Origin: Betaproteobacteria bacterium
GTDB lineage: Bacteria > Pseudomonadota > Gammaproteobacteria > Burkholderiales > SG8-41
Direction of reading: 5' to 3'
Length of the DNA stretch: 36,048 bases
NCBI GenBank assembly: GCA_025353085.1
Contig: JANXRI010000451.1
Location: forward strand, 1-36,048
In this document: one piece after another, positions 9,878 through 19,624 of the stretch
How the letters are laid out: each line of letters starts with the position of its first letter
Numbering within the stretch: position 1 is the stretch's first letter
Made by a program: the position numbers and the translations under genes
The notes under the pieces: generated by a model
Told to the model about the DNA's origin: nothing
Seen by the model: the letters and a program-made list of their open reading frames with translations, nothing else
The model's database searches: none

Positions 9878-11086
9878 GTGTCGCTCCCGCCTGCGCCGCA
9901 ATCCACAATTATCGATCCTCGATCGCCAAAGTTCAAGGCGCTGCCGCCGCTTTCTCTCTACATCCACATTCCATGGTGCGTGCGCAAATGCCCGTACTGC
10001 GATTTCAATTCGCATGAGGTACGCGAACCGGTTCCTGAAAACAGCTACGTCGATGCGTTGATCGCGGATCTCGAAGCCGCACTTCCGCTGATCTGGGGGC
10101 GCAAGATCTACACGGTGTTTTTCGGCGGTGGCACACCGAGCGTGTTTTCCGCCGCGAGCATCGAACGCATACTCGCCGCAGTGCGCGCGCGGGTTCCCTT
10201 ATCGAGCGAGGCTGAGATTACACTCGAAGCCAATCCGGGTACTTTTGAAGCGGACAAATTCCGCGCGTTTCGCGAAGCTGGCGTTAACCGCTTGTCGATC
10301 GGCATTCAAAGCTTCAATCCGGCGCATCTCAAAGCGCTCGGGCGCATACACGACGACCGTGAGGCGCGTGACGCCATCGACATCGCGCGCGCCAATTTCG
10401 ACAACTTCAATCTCGATCTCATGTACGGTCTGCCGGCGCAAACGCCCGACGAAGCGCTCGCCGACATCGAAAGCGCGCTCGCGTTCTCGCCGCCGCATCT
10501 GTCGGCCTACCACCTGACACTCGAGCCCAACACCTTATTTCATCGCTATCCGCCAAGCCTGCCCGACGATGACGCGACTGCGCAAATGCAGGATGCTATC
10601 GAGGCGCGTCTTGCTGCGGCCGGTTACCGCCATTACGAAACGTCGGCGTTTGCCATACCGGGGCGGCAGGCGCGGCACAACATGAACTACTGGACCTTCG
10701 CCGACTATCTCGGCATCGGCGCCGGCGCCCACAGCAAGCTGTCATTTCCCGACCGCATCACGCGCTACGTTCGCTTCAAGCAGCCGCGGCAATACATGGA
10801 AAGCGCCGCTGCCGGCGATGCAGTACAGGAATGTCACGACGTTGACGGCGGCGAAATCGGGTTCGAGTTCATGATGAATGCGCTGCGTCTGACCGGCGGT
10901 TTTCCGCTGGTGCTGTTTGAGGAGCGCGCGGGCATTCCTTTGACGACGGTGCTCAGGCAACTCGATGACGCGGAAAAACGTGGCCTGATCGAACGCGATC
11001 ATCAGCGCGTGACGCCGACTCAACTAGGCCGGCGGTTCCTCAACGATTTGCTGCAGATATTTCTGCCGCCGCGCGCAACGGCTTAA
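9878..11086 (+). CDS. hemW: Radical SAM heme chaperone HemW
   Basis: LYIHIPWCVRKCPYCDFNSH, GGGTPS, HNMNYW; rph-rdgB-hemW synteny. Confidence 0.93.
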   Translation: MSLPPAPQSTIIDPRSPKFKALPPLSLYIHIPWCVRKCPYCDFNSHEVREPVPENSYVDALIADLEAALPLIWGRKIYTVFFGGGTPSVFSAASIERILAAVRARVPLSSEAEITLEANPGTFEADKFRAFREAGVNRLSIGIQSFNPAHLKALGRIHDDREARDAIDIARANFDNFNLDLMYGLPAQTPDEALADIESALAFSPPHLSAYHLTLEPNTLFHRYPPSLPDDDATAQMQDAIEARLAAAGYRHYETSAFAIPGRQARHNMNYWTFADYLGIGAGAHSKLSFPDRITRYVRFKQPRQYMESAAAGDAVQECHDVDGGEIGFEFMMNALRLTGGFPLVLFEERAGIPLTTVLRQLDDAEKRGLIERDHQRVTPTQLGRRFLNDLLQIFLPPRATA

Positions 11087-11439
11087 ATTTTTTGAGCCGC
11101 TTTGACGGCAGGAAACTGCTGCGGCGCTTCTGCCCGCTCGAACATACCGTAGTCGCGCACGACCGAGGCGACACGCAGACGGTAATCGGCAAACACGCCG
11201 CCGCGCCCCTGCCATTGCGCGCGATGGTGTTCATCATGCTGCCGCCAGTTGAGAATCGCTGCCTCATCGCGCCAGAAAGAGAGCGACAGAATTTTGCCGG
11301 GCTTGGTTAAGCTTGCAAAGCGCTCGATTGAGACGAAGCCGTCGATTTTTTCGAGCTCAGGCCGCAACGTGGCGGCAATGTCGAGATAGTCCTGTTGCTT
11401 GCCGGGCGCCGGCTCGACTTCAAAAATAACTGCAAGCAT
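11083..11439 (-). CDS. Antibiotic biosynthesis monooxygenase (ABM) family protein
   Basis: MLAVIFEV...GFVSIERF.SL...GKILSLSFWRDE...HHRAQ..GR..VFADYRLRVA pattern. Confidence 0.85.
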   Translation of the reverse strand: MLAVIFEVEPAPGKQQDYLDIAATLRPELEKIDGFVSIERFASLTKPGKILSLSFWRDEAAILNWRQHDEHHRAQWQGRGGVFADYRLRVASVVRDYGMFERAEAPQQFPAVKAAQKI

Positions 11440-11555
11440 GTGGGAATCCTCGCGATAGAGCCTAAAGCAAATGATATCGCACGTGTGCGGGCGAATTGCA
11501 TTTTAGGTATCTTGCACTAGAATAAGCGCCGCAGGGAACAAGCTAAGGAGGCGTC

Positions 11556-12530
11556 ATGAAATTCACCGGTCGGCTAATCAGTGCCAGCGTAATCGCGTGC
11601 TCGGCAATAGGCGGTTCTGCAAACGCGCAGGACTATCCAAACAAGCTCGTCAGATTTATCGTGACTTACCCTGCGGGGGGCAGCTCCGACGTAATGGCGC
11701 GCATCATTGGCCATAAACTTACTGAGTACTGGGGCCAGGTGGTGCTGGTCGATTCACGGCCCGGTGCGGATGGCTCGATCGGCATGGAATATGCGGCGCG
11801 CCAGCCGGCGGATGGATATACGTTCCTGCTCGGCAATTTCGGTCCCGTCGTCGCCAAACCGCTGCTCGCAAAAGTTTCCTACGATTGGCAAAAGGACTTT
11901 GCGCCGGTATCGCGCATCACCAATTCAGCGAACATCCTGGTGGTGCCGGCGACTTTACCGGTGAAAAATACCAGGGAACTCATTGCGCTGGCGAAGCGGC
12001 ATCCCGGCGAACTTAGCTATGGCACGAGCGGCCCTGGCAGCATGTCGCATTTTGCCGGCGAAATGTTCAAGCGGCTGGCGGAAGTAAATATGATCACGGT
12101 GCCGTATAAGGGCAATGCGCTGGCCATCACCGATGTCATGGGAGGGCAGATCACGACGATGTTTTCGGACGCATTGCCCGCGATGCAGGCGATGAAAACC
12201 GGCAAACTTCGCGCGCTCGCCGTCACGAGCGAGAAGCGCTGGCCGTTTACGCCTGAGCTGCCGACGCTCGCCGAAGAAGGCATAAAAGGTTTTGCCGCGG
12301 TGAACTGGTGGGGCATTCTGTTTCCGGCGGGTGTGCCGCGGACCATCATCGAGAAGGTCAATGCGGATCTCGTCAAAGCGCTCGCAACCCAGGATGTGAA
12401 GAACAAGCTCGCCGAACTCGGCGTCGAAGCAGTCTCAAGCACGCCTGAGCAATTTGGCCAGTTCATGGCGAGTGAAACGGCGCGGTGGGGCAAGCTCGTC
12501 AAGGAAGCGAATCTGCGCGTAGAGCCGTAA
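11556..12530 (+). CDS. Bug/TctC tripartite tricarboxylate transporter substrate-binding protein
   Basis: Signal peptide, YPAGGSSDVMAR, ADGYT, VPYKG, GKLRALAVT, PTLAE. Confidence 0.92.
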   Translation: MKFTGRLISASVIACSAIGGSANAQDYPNKLVRFIVTYPAGGSSDVMARIIGHKLTEYWGQVVLVDSRPGADGSIGMEYAARQPADGYTFLLGNFGPVVAKPLLAKVSYDWQKDFAPVSRITNSANILVVPATLPVKNTRELIALAKRHPGELSYGTSGPGSMSHFAGEMFKRLAEVNMITVPYKGNALAITDVMGGQITTMFSDALPAMQAMKTGKLRALAVTSEKRWPFTPELPTLAEEGIKGFAAVNWWGILFPAGVPRTIIEKVNADLVKALATQDVKNKLAELGVEAVSSTPEQFGQFMASETARWGKLVKEANLRVEP

Positions 12531-12566
12531 CGAAGCGAGCGCGCGATGTGAGAGTTGCGCGCCCGT

Positions 12567-12830
12567 TCAGCGTTTGTATTCTCGTAAGTTCGGATCGAGA
12601 CGATCGATATCGGCTTGCACCTGCGCCCGGCTGCGCTCGTAAACAATTTCGCGTCCCATCGCCGATCCCACATAGGCGAGCCCGGTGCGCGTCGGCGACA
12701 GGTTGCATTTCACGCTGTGCACGCCCTCGCCCAGCACCACTTGTATCCCGGCCGCGCGTTTGTCGTAAACCACGACTTCCATGGTCTGTCCGCTTTCTGT
12801 CACCCGCACTTTTATTTTTTCGATATTCAT
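12567..12830 (-). CDS. Hypothetical protein (87 aa)
   Basis: ATG 27 bp after the trmB stop, host-like codon usage, plausible beta-rich sequence; no family recognised. Confidence 0.65.
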   Translation of the reverse strand: MNIEKIKVRVTESGQTMEVVVYDKRAAGIQVVLGEGVHSVKCNLSPTRTGLAYVGSAMGREIVYERSRAQVQADIDRLDPNLREYKR

Positions 12831-12857
12831 CGCGTTGTCCGTTCTTAAGTTGAGAAA

Positions 12858-13538
12858 TCAGGTTCGCTTGAAAATCACATCCCACACGCCGTGGCCGAGC
12901 TTGAGCCCGCGCGTTTCGAACTTGGTCTGCGGGCGGTAATCCGGGCGCGGCGCGTAATCCCGCGCGGTGTTGACGAGCTGCAGGTTGTCGCGTAGCACGG
13001 CGAGGATGTACTCCGCGTATTCCTGCCAATCGGTTGCAACATGCAGATACGCGCTGGACTTCATGCGTTCAACGAGCAGCGCGACGAGCGGCGGCTGCAA
13101 GAGGCGGCGCTTGTGATGACGCTTTTTGGGCCACGGGTCAGGGAAGAACACATGCACCGCGTCGAACGTGTTGGGCGTAATCATGTGGCATAGCACTTCA
13201 ACGGCGTCATGCTGCACGATGCGCACATTGGCAAGACCCCGCTCACCAATGGCTTTCAAGAGGCTGCCGACGCCGGGCGTGTGGACTTCAATGCCGAGGT
13301 AATCAATTTCTGGATGCAGTGCGGCGATCTCAACCGTCGTTTCACCCATGCCAAAGCCGATCTCGAGAACTTTCGGCGCATGGCGGCCGAATATCGCATC
13401 GAGATCGATGGAGTGCGGCGCGTATGGAATGCCGAATCGGGGCAGCAGCGTTTCGTGCGCGCGCTGCTGGGCGTTCGATACGCGTCCCTGGCGCAGCACA
13501 AAACTGCGGATCGGGCGGTGGGTGGTATTCATGGCCAC
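12858..13538 (-). CDS. trmB: tRNA (guanine-N7)-methyltransferase
   Basis: [48 protein letters not shown]. Confidence 0.96.
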   Translation of the reverse strand: MAMNTTHRPIRSFVLRQGRVSNAQQRAHETLLPRFGIPYAPHSIDLDAIFGRHAPKVLEIGFGMGETTVEIAALHPEIDYLGIEVHTPGVGSLLKAIGERGLANVRIVQHDAVEVLCHMITPNTFDAVHVFFPDPWPKKRHHKRRLLQPPLVALLVERMKSSAYLHVATDWQEYAEYILAVLRDNLQLVNTARDYAPRPDYRPQTKFETRGLKLGHGVWDVIFKRT

Positions 13539-13608
13539 CGCAGTGTAACGGTGGGGCGAAGTGCGCGCCAGACGCTGAGCGTCAATCAGCCCGCGTCCTT
13601 ATGCAGGA

Positions 13609-14475
13609 CTAAAGCCTCACTGTGCGATCGATGGGTTTGTCTTGGTTTGCCGGTCTTGCGGCTGTGCTTGCGGCAGTCGGCGCAATCGTGCCGGCGGACG
13701 GCGAACTCGCCGAAGCAGTGTACGGTTTCTTCGGCATGCGGCCGGCCAGGAAAGCTTCGCGCCCCGCTTCAACCGCTTTTTTCATCGCAGAGGCCATCAT
13801 CACCGGATTTTTTGCGGTCGCAATCGCGGTGTTCATCAGTACGCCTTGGCAGCCGAGCTCCATCGCGATCGCCGCGTCCGATGCTGTGCCCACGCCCGCA
13901 TCAACGATCACGGGAACCTTCGCGTTGTCGATGATAATCTGCAAATTCCACGGATTGAGTATGCCCATGCCCGAACCGATCAACGACGCGAGCGGCATCA
14001 CCGCGCAGCAACCGATCTCTTCGAGTTGTCGGGCTGCAATTGGATCGTCGCTGCAATAGACCATGACCTCAAAGCCGTCTTTGACCAGCGTCGCTGCGGC
14101 GCTCAGGGTTTCGGCCATATTCGGAAACAAAGTCTTCTGATCGCCGAGCACTTCGAGCTTGACGAGCGAGTGCCCGTCAAGGAGCTCACGCGCGAGCCGC
14201 AAAGTACGCACGGCGTCGTCGGCGGTATAGCAGCCGGCCGTATTCGGCAGAATGGTGAATTGCGCCGGCGGCAGCACTTCGAGCAGGCTTGGCTGCTTTG
14301 GATCCTGGCCGATATTCGTGCGCCGGATGGCGACGGTAACGATCTGCGCGCCGCTGGCATCGATTGCCGCGCGTGTTTCCGCGAAGTCTCTGTACTTGCC
14401 GGTGCCGACCAGCAGGCGCGATTGATACGGCTTGCCGGCGATCAAAAGGGTGTCGAGATTTTCACTGGGTTTCAT
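13609..14475 (-). CDS. thiG: Thiazole synthase
   Basis: [36 protein letters not shown]. Confidence 0.97.
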   Translation of the reverse strand: MKPSENLDTLLIAGKPYQSRLLVGTGKYRDFAETRAAIDASGAQIVTVAIRRTNIGQDPKQPSLLEVLPPAQFTILPNTAGCYTADDAVRTLRLARELLDGHSLVKLEVLGDQKTLFPNMAETLSAAATLVKDGFEVMVYCSDDPIAARQLEEIGCCAVMPLASLIGSGMGILNPWNLQIIIDNAKVPVIVDAGVGTASDAAIAMELGCQGVLMNTAIATAKNPVMMASAMKKAVEAGREAFLAGRMPKKPYTASASSPSAGTIAPTAASTAARPANQDKPIDRTVRL

Positions 14476-14517
14476 GGGAGCAGGATTCGGGAGTCAGGAT
14501 TCGGTCTTCAGGATACA
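14476..14517 (+). repeat. Degenerate heptamer tandem repeat between thiS and thiG
   Basis: gggagca-ggattcg-ggagtca-ggattcg-gtcttca-ggataca; CAGGAT recurs at 14481, 14495 and 14509. Confidence 0.6.
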
Positions 14518-14565
14518 GCCAAAGTATGCATCGTTAACAGGTTCGCAGCATTTGACCCCGGTCGA

Positions 14566-14769
14566 TCAGCCGCCGCCGACGGCGACGACGATTTCGAGCG
14601 TGTCGCCATGAGCGAGCATTTCCTCCGCATGGCGGCCGCGAGGAACGATCTCGCCGTTGCGCTCGAGCGCTATGCGTTTGCCCGCAAGATTCAGATGCTC
14701 GAGAAGTTCGCGGCAATTGAGCGGGCGTGCGAACTGATGGGCTTCGCCATTGACGGTGAGTGCGATCAC
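14566..14769 (-). CDS. thiS: Sulfur carrier protein ThiS (GTG start 14769)
   Basis: TVNGE...IALERNGEIVPR...GDTLEIVVAVGGG with C-terminal GG; upstream of thiG. Confidence 0.93.
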   Translation of the reverse strand: MIALTVNGEAHQFARPLNCRELLEHLNLAGKRIALERNGEIVPRGRHAEEMLAHGDTLEIVVAVGGG

Positions 14770-14834
14770 GACTGGTTCCGGGAAAATACGACGTAAAATT
14801 CTTGCAGCGTGGCGATCAACCGGCAACCGGGAAA

Positions 14835-16958
14835 TCAAAACTGCAATTGGGCGTTGACGCCGACGAGGTAATTGCGCGTCGGCGACGGCTCGTAGAATCG
14901 CAGGTTGCTGTCGGCAACAATCACCGAGCCCACGTATTGGCGGTTGGTAATGTTATCGATGCGCGCGAATTCGGTAACGCGCCATTTGCCGCTGCGTTGC
15001 TCAAAGCCGGCGCGCATATTGCCAATCGTGTAAGGATCGGCAAACGCGCTGTTCTGGTCGTTCACATAAACTTTGCCCGACGAACGCACTTCGGCCGCGG
15101 CGTGAAAACCGCTCGTCGCATGCCGCCACACCACTTCGCCGTAAATTGTGTAAAGCGGCACGCCCGGCAACCGGTTGCCGGAAGCCACGCTGACGGCCGG
15201 CGTGCCCGACGTGAACGGCTGGGAGAATCCGGCGTTGAGCCAGGTATAGGCGAGCGCCGCTTCGAAGCCGGCGCCGAGATAACTTTCCACCGACAGTTCG
15301 ATGCCTTTGCGATCGGTCTTCGGCGCGTTTTTGTAAGTGGTGCGGCCGCCGACTGATGTATCGACCACGATTTCGTTATCGGTGTTGACTTGGAACAGCG
15401 TGAGATTGACGCGCGCGGCTTTGCCGAGCTTGCCCTTGACGCCGATTTCCCTGCTCAAACTGGTCGACGGTTGCAGCGCAAAGTTGAGGCCTGTGCCGGT
15501 ATTACGGTACGCGAGTTCAATCAATGTCGGCGTCTCAAAGCCGCGCCCGATGTTGGCATATACATTCCACGACTGCGCCAGATTGAAAAGCACGCCCGCG
15601 ACCGGTGTTGTCTTCGCATAACTGACCGCGCCGCTATCGTTGCCGTTGCTGACAAAATAATCGTTGGAATTGAAGCGCACATTGCTGTAACGCAGGCCCG
15701 CCGTCGTGCTCCAGCGTGGCGCAAACTTCCATTCGAATTGCCCGTATAAGTCGCTATTCGTGACGGTGTTTTTTTCGTCGCGTTTGAGCGTGCCCTGAAT
15801 GCCGTTATTGTTGAGATAGCCTTTGCGATGCTGGGCCATGCGGTCGTAGTCGACGCCGGCGCTGAAATTAAGCGGGCGGTCGCCGTCGCTGAGGGTATGC
15901 GTCCAGCGCACGCCGAGACCTTCGTAGCCAAAATCCTGATCGACCACGGCGCCCGACGACGTGGCGACGAGTTGGGCCGCGAGCGGAATCGCCTGGAATT
16001 GCGTGACCTGGCGGTCGCCGAGATAAGTGCGCGCCTGGATCTTGTCGGCGCTGCCGAGATTCATGTCATAAACGAGACCGACCTGGTTTTGCCGCACGCT
16101 TTTGCGCGTGTTGAACAGCCTCGCGCTCGGATCGGCTTGGCGCGGGTTCGCGATGACCTGCGCACGGGTCAAGCCGAGCGGATCCTGGGTTTCAGGTTGA
16201 TCGACCGCGTTCACGACCATCGTTAACTGGCCACCGGGCGCCGGCATTTTGAATTTGGCATTCGACAGGTCGCGCGTCACCGTGCTGTGGTCGCGATAAC
16301 CGTCGCTGTGAAAGCGCGATGTGTCGAACATGTAATTGAAACGGCCATCCTGCCCGCCGAACTGCAGGCCGCCTTTGTACGTGCCATAGCTGCCGCCGAA
16401 AGTGGAGCCGCTGAGCGTCGGCTCGGGCGGACCATCGGCCGTGAACAGTTGAATTACGCCGCCCGATGCATTGCCATAAAGACTCGAGAAGGGTCCGCGC
16501 ATGACTTCGATGCGCTCGGCCGAATTCAAATCGAAGCTGGACGCCTGGGCGGAGCCGTCGGGGAGGGTTGCGGGGATGCCATCGGCAATCAGCCGGATGC
16601 CGCGTACGCCGAACGCCGAGCGCGCGCCGAAACCGCGCGATGAAATCTGCAGGTCCTGCGCATAATTCTGGCGATTGAGTATCGAAATACCCGGCACGCG
16701 ATTGAGCGATTCAGAAAGGTTGACCTGCAAGCGGTCTTCGCGGATGACGCTCTTGTCTACGCTGTCGATCGCGACCGGCAGATCGAAACTGTCGCGCGCG
16801 CTGCGCGTGGCGCTCGTGACGACTTCGGGCAACAGGACCGGCGCTGCTGCCGGTTTGGACTCCTGAGCGAACGCGTCAGGCGCCAGGGCCGCGAGCGCAT
16901 AACCGGACAGAACGTATAACGACGCGGTTAGGTTCATGTGAAGAAGCACCGTTCGCAA
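14835..16958 (-). CDS. TonB-dependent receptor, YncD/PqqU-like (candidate PQQ importer)
   Basis: TonB-box-like EVVTSATR, plug RQNYAQDLQISSRGFGARSAFGVRGIRLIADGIPATLPDG resembling E. coli YncD as I recall it, C-terminal Phe. Confidence 0.8.
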   Translation of the reverse strand: MRTVLLHMNLTASLYVLSGYALAALAPDAFAQESKPAAAPVLLPEVVTSATRSARDSFDLPVAIDSVDKSVIREDRLQVNLSESLNRVPGISILNRQNYAQDLQISSRGFGARSAFGVRGIRLIADGIPATLPDGSAQASSFDLNSAERIEVMRGPFSSLYGNASGGVIQLFTADGPPEPTLSGSTFGGSYGTYKGGLQFGGQDGRFNYMFDTSRFHSDGYRDHSTVTRDLSNAKFKMPAPGGQLTMVVNAVDQPETQDPLGLTRAQVIANPRQADPSARLFNTRKSVRQNQVGLVYDMNLGSADKIQARTYLGDRQVTQFQAIPLAAQLVATSSGAVVDQDFGYEGLGVRWTHTLSDGDRPLNFSAGVDYDRMAQHRKGYLNNNGIQGTLKRDEKNTVTNSDLYGQFEWKFAPRWSTTAGLRYSNVRFNSNDYFVSNGNDSGAVSYAKTTPVAGVLFNLAQSWNVYANIGRGFETPTLIELAYRNTGTGLNFALQPSTSLSREIGVKGKLGKAARVNLTLFQVNTDNEIVVDTSVGGRTTYKNAPKTDRKGIELSVESYLGAGFEAALAYTWLNAGFSQPFTSGTPAVSVASGNRLPGVPLYTIYGEVVWRHATSGFHAAAEVRSSGKVYVNDQNSAFADPYTIGNMRAGFEQRSGKWRVTEFARIDNITNRQYVGSVIVADSNLRFYEPSPTRNYLVGVNAQLQF

Positions 16959-16963
16959 GCGAC

Positions 16964-17557
16964 TTAGCGCATACCGGAAAAATAATTGGCGAGCATATCG
17001 ATATCGGCTTCCGACAGCGGCTGGGCGGCCGAGGTCATCTGGCCATCCATGTCGAAGCGCGTCGATGCCTTGAACCCGCGCAACTGCGTTTTGAGGTAAT
17101 CACGCTGTTGGCCGGCGAGTCGTGGAATATGTTGTTGGCCGAGCAGCGCCGGTCCGTGACACTGCACGCAATTGTATTGTTGAGAGAGGCGGGCGCCGGC
17201 CTGCGTAGCAGTGGCATCTACACCCGTAGTCGGCGGCGTCAATTTTTGCGTCGTGAAATAAGCGGCGAGATTATTCAAATCGGTATTCGTGAGATTGGCG
17301 GCGAATGGCGACATTTGCGCGTCCTTGCGTTTGCCTTCCCGAAACATCAAAAGCTGTGTGGCAATGAATTGAGCGGGTTGTCCGGCCAGCGACGGTACGG
17401 TCGGATTGCTGGATATACCTTCGGCGCCGTGACATGCAACGCAGACCTGGGCTTTTTGCATGCCGGCGGCCGCATCAGCGGCGAGCGCCGGATAAGATAA
17501 CGCGGTGGCGAGTAATCCCGCCACCGCGTGTGCAGTAACTATCTTAGTCAGGCTCAC
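16964..17557 (-). CDS. Periplasmic diheme c4-type cytochrome
   Basis: Signal peptide, CVACH and CVQCH, each followed by P.LAGQ; overlaps the dehydrogenase stop. Confidence 0.9.
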   Translation of the reverse strand: MSLTKIVTAHAVAGLLATALSYPALAADAAAGMQKAQVCVACHGAEGISSNPTVPSLAGQPAQFIATQLLMFREGKRKDAQMSPFAANLTNTDLNNLAAYFTTQKLTPPTTGVDATATQAGARLSQQYNCVQCHGPALLGQQHIPRLAGQQRDYLKTQLRGFKASTRFDMDGQMTSAAQPLSEADIDMLANYFSGMR

Positions 17558-18813
17558 TTCTTGTAACTGATCCGGTAAATGATTCCGTTGTAATCGTCGG
17601 ACACGAGCATCGCGCCGTCACGCATCATCATTACGTCGACCGGGCGGCCCCACATTGGCGGATCGCCTTTCTCGTCGGTCAGGAAGCCGTCGAGGAACGG
17701 TTTCAACGTGGCTTTGCCCTGGCCGTCTACCACCACGCGCATCACGTTATAGCCGTGCTTGGTGCTGCGGTTCCATGAACCGTGCATCGCCACGAAAATG
17801 TTGCCCTGGTATTCGGCCGGAAACATCTTGCCGGTGTAAAAACGCATGCCGAGCGGAGCGATGTGCGGACCGAGTTTTAACGCTGGCGCATCAAACTCCG
17901 CGCAGGCGCGGCCTTTGCCGAATTCAGGATCGGGCAGGTCGCCCTGATGGCAGAACGGATAGCCGTAATTCATATTCTTGTGCGAGACGCGGTGCAGCGT
18001 ATCGTTCGGCAGATCGTCGCTGATCCAGTCGCGCGCGTGGTTGGTGAACCACAGTTCCTTGGTCTTGGGGTTCCAGTCGAAGCCGACTGAATTGCGCACG
18101 CCATGGGCGACGGTCTCGAGTGTGCCCGTCTTGGGATCGACGCGGTGGATGGCCGCCTGCATGTAATTCGGCATCACGATGTTGCCGGGCGCGCCGATGT
18201 TGAAATACAGCTTGCCATCGGGGCCGAGGGCTAAAAATTTCCAAAAGTGGCCGGGCTGCGAAGACGGATCCAGGTTGTCGATAACGATTTTGGCCTCCGG
18301 CGGATTGTCGAGGCGGTCTTCGATCCCATCGTAACGCGTGATGCGGTGGCGCTCGGCGACGAACAGCGTGCCTTTGCTGAATGCGACGCCGTTTGGCGCG
18401 TTAAGGCCGGCCAGCAATTTTTTGACTTCGCGCTTGCCGCCGCGGTCGATGATTGCGTACACGTCGGAAAGATTGCGGTTGCCGGCGAACACGGTACCTT
18501 TGTCGCCGAGTGCGAGCGAGCGCGCCTCGGGGATGCCCTCTGCCCATACTTCGATTTTGAAGCCCGGCGGCAGCTTCAATTTGCTGAGCGGCAACTCGCT
18601 TGACGGGCGTCCCGTGAACAGCGGCGCGAACGGATGCAGGGTTGACGTCCCTTGCTCAGTTGAGCGGCCTTGCTGCCACGATGGCGGTGCGGCCGGCGCG
18701 GCGGTCGGCGGCGTCTGCGCCCATGCGCTCGTAAGAAGCAGTGAAGCGGCAATCACGCCCGCCCCACGCTGGAATCCGCGGTGCAGTTGGTTCAACCCGA
18801 TGGAAACTTGCAT
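17554..18813 (-). CDS. PQQ-dependent sugar/sorbosone dehydrogenase family beta-propeller (start 18813)
   Basis: AGGAGA RBS, signal peptide, KLPPGFKIEVWA, GPDGKLY, GVRNSVGFDW, YGYPFCH, HGSWNRS, GRPVDV, LVSDD. Confidence 0.88.
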   Translation of the reverse strand: MQVSIGLNQLHRGFQRGAGVIAASLLLTSAWAQTPPTAAPAAPPSWQQGRSTEQGTSTLHPFAPLFTGRPSSELPLSKLKLPPGFKIEVWAEGIPEARSLALGDKGTVFAGNRNLSDVYAIIDRGGKREVKKLLAGLNAPNGVAFSKGTLFVAERHRITRYDGIEDRLDNPPEAKIVIDNLDPSSQPGHFWKFLALGPDGKLYFNIGAPGNIVMPNYMQAAIHRVDPKTGTLETVAHGVRNSVGFDWNPKTKELWFTNHARDWISDDLPNDTLHRVSHKNMNYGYPFCHQGDLPDPEFGKGRACAEFDAPALKLGPHIAPLGMRFYTGKMFPAEYQGNIFVAMHGSWNRSTKHGYNVMRVVVDGQGKATLKPFLDGFLTDEKGDPPMWGRPVDVMMMRDGAMLVSDDYNGIIYRISYKK

Positions 18814-18972
18814 ATTTTCTCCTATGATAAAAACGAGACCTGTTGGCGTGGTTCGACGTCCGGTTTCCACGTGAGGCAGTATCTTCTGCAGTATCAGAAT
18901 AAGTGTAGCACTCCGAGCGGACCGGGATGCCGTAACTGCTAAAAACAGAAACATGGATAACGGAATTCGCCT

Positions 18973-19614
18973 CTATATCACCCTGAAGTAACCGTGTTTT
19001 GCAAAGGTGCAGCCGAATTTGCTTTCGCGCGCAGTATCGGCCTGCAGGCGTCCCGGATTCGCGGCCAGGTACTCGATGATCGCCTCCATCGGTCCGGGTC
19101 CAAAATCGGGCCTTACCGGATGTCCGTTGACGATGGTGTCTTCGACGACGAGATAGTCGCCCGGTTTGAGCCACGGTACCCATACCGTGAGTTCCTTGAA
19201 CACATGCGACGCGGTGTGATCGGAATCGAGCATTAGCAGTAAACCGTGCCGCCGTTTCGGCGGGATGATCGCGGCAACCTGTTCGACCATATCGTCCGCC
19301 GCGCTGTCGCCGAGCAAAAACCGGATGTGTGAATGGGTCGTGGCGACCGGATCCAGCGCGTCATGCGTTACGTCGATCGTGACGACGCTGCCCTCGCGAT
19401 CGCCTGCCGCGAGCAGATCCGCAAAAAACAGGGCCGAGCCGCCGTGGCGGGTGCCCGTTTCGAGCACCCAGTGCAGGTTATTTTCAAAAATGATTTCCTG
19501 GTAGTTCCACATATCGAGTGGCAGCTTCAGCGTCCGAACGCCGCGATAGTGCAGATCCTTCCAGACATGGGTGCCGTAAAACCACTCGAGATACTGCTGT
19601 CCTTCAGGAGTCAC
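18973..19614 (-). CDS. CmcI (cephalosporin hydroxylase)/rhamnosyl O-methyltransferase family protein
   Basis: K.PLDMWNYQEII, ETGTRHGGSALFFA, LDSDHTASHV..EL, GDYLVVEDT. Confidence 0.88.
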   Translation of the reverse strand: MTPEGQQYLEWFYGTHVWKDLHYRGVRTLKLPLDMWNYQEIIFENNLHWVLETGTRHGGSALFFADLLAAGDREGSVVTIDVTHDALDPVATTHSHIRFLLGDSAADDMVEQVAAIIPPKRRHGLLLMLDSDHTASHVFKELTVWVPWLKPGDYLVVEDTIVNGHPVRPDFGPGPMEAIIEYLAANPGRLQADTARESKFGCTFAKHGYFRVI

Positions 19615-19624
19615 CGGGTGCCCT

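Noticed and set aside
13642-14796. Long antisense ORFs (for example 13642..14796, 6549..7496, 268..1005, 34436..35065)
   Set aside because: Shadow frames opposite well-supported genes, expected in GC-rich DNA.
14770-14834. TPP riboswitch upstream of thiS
   Set aside because: Only 65 bp available and no CTGAGA-type core seen.
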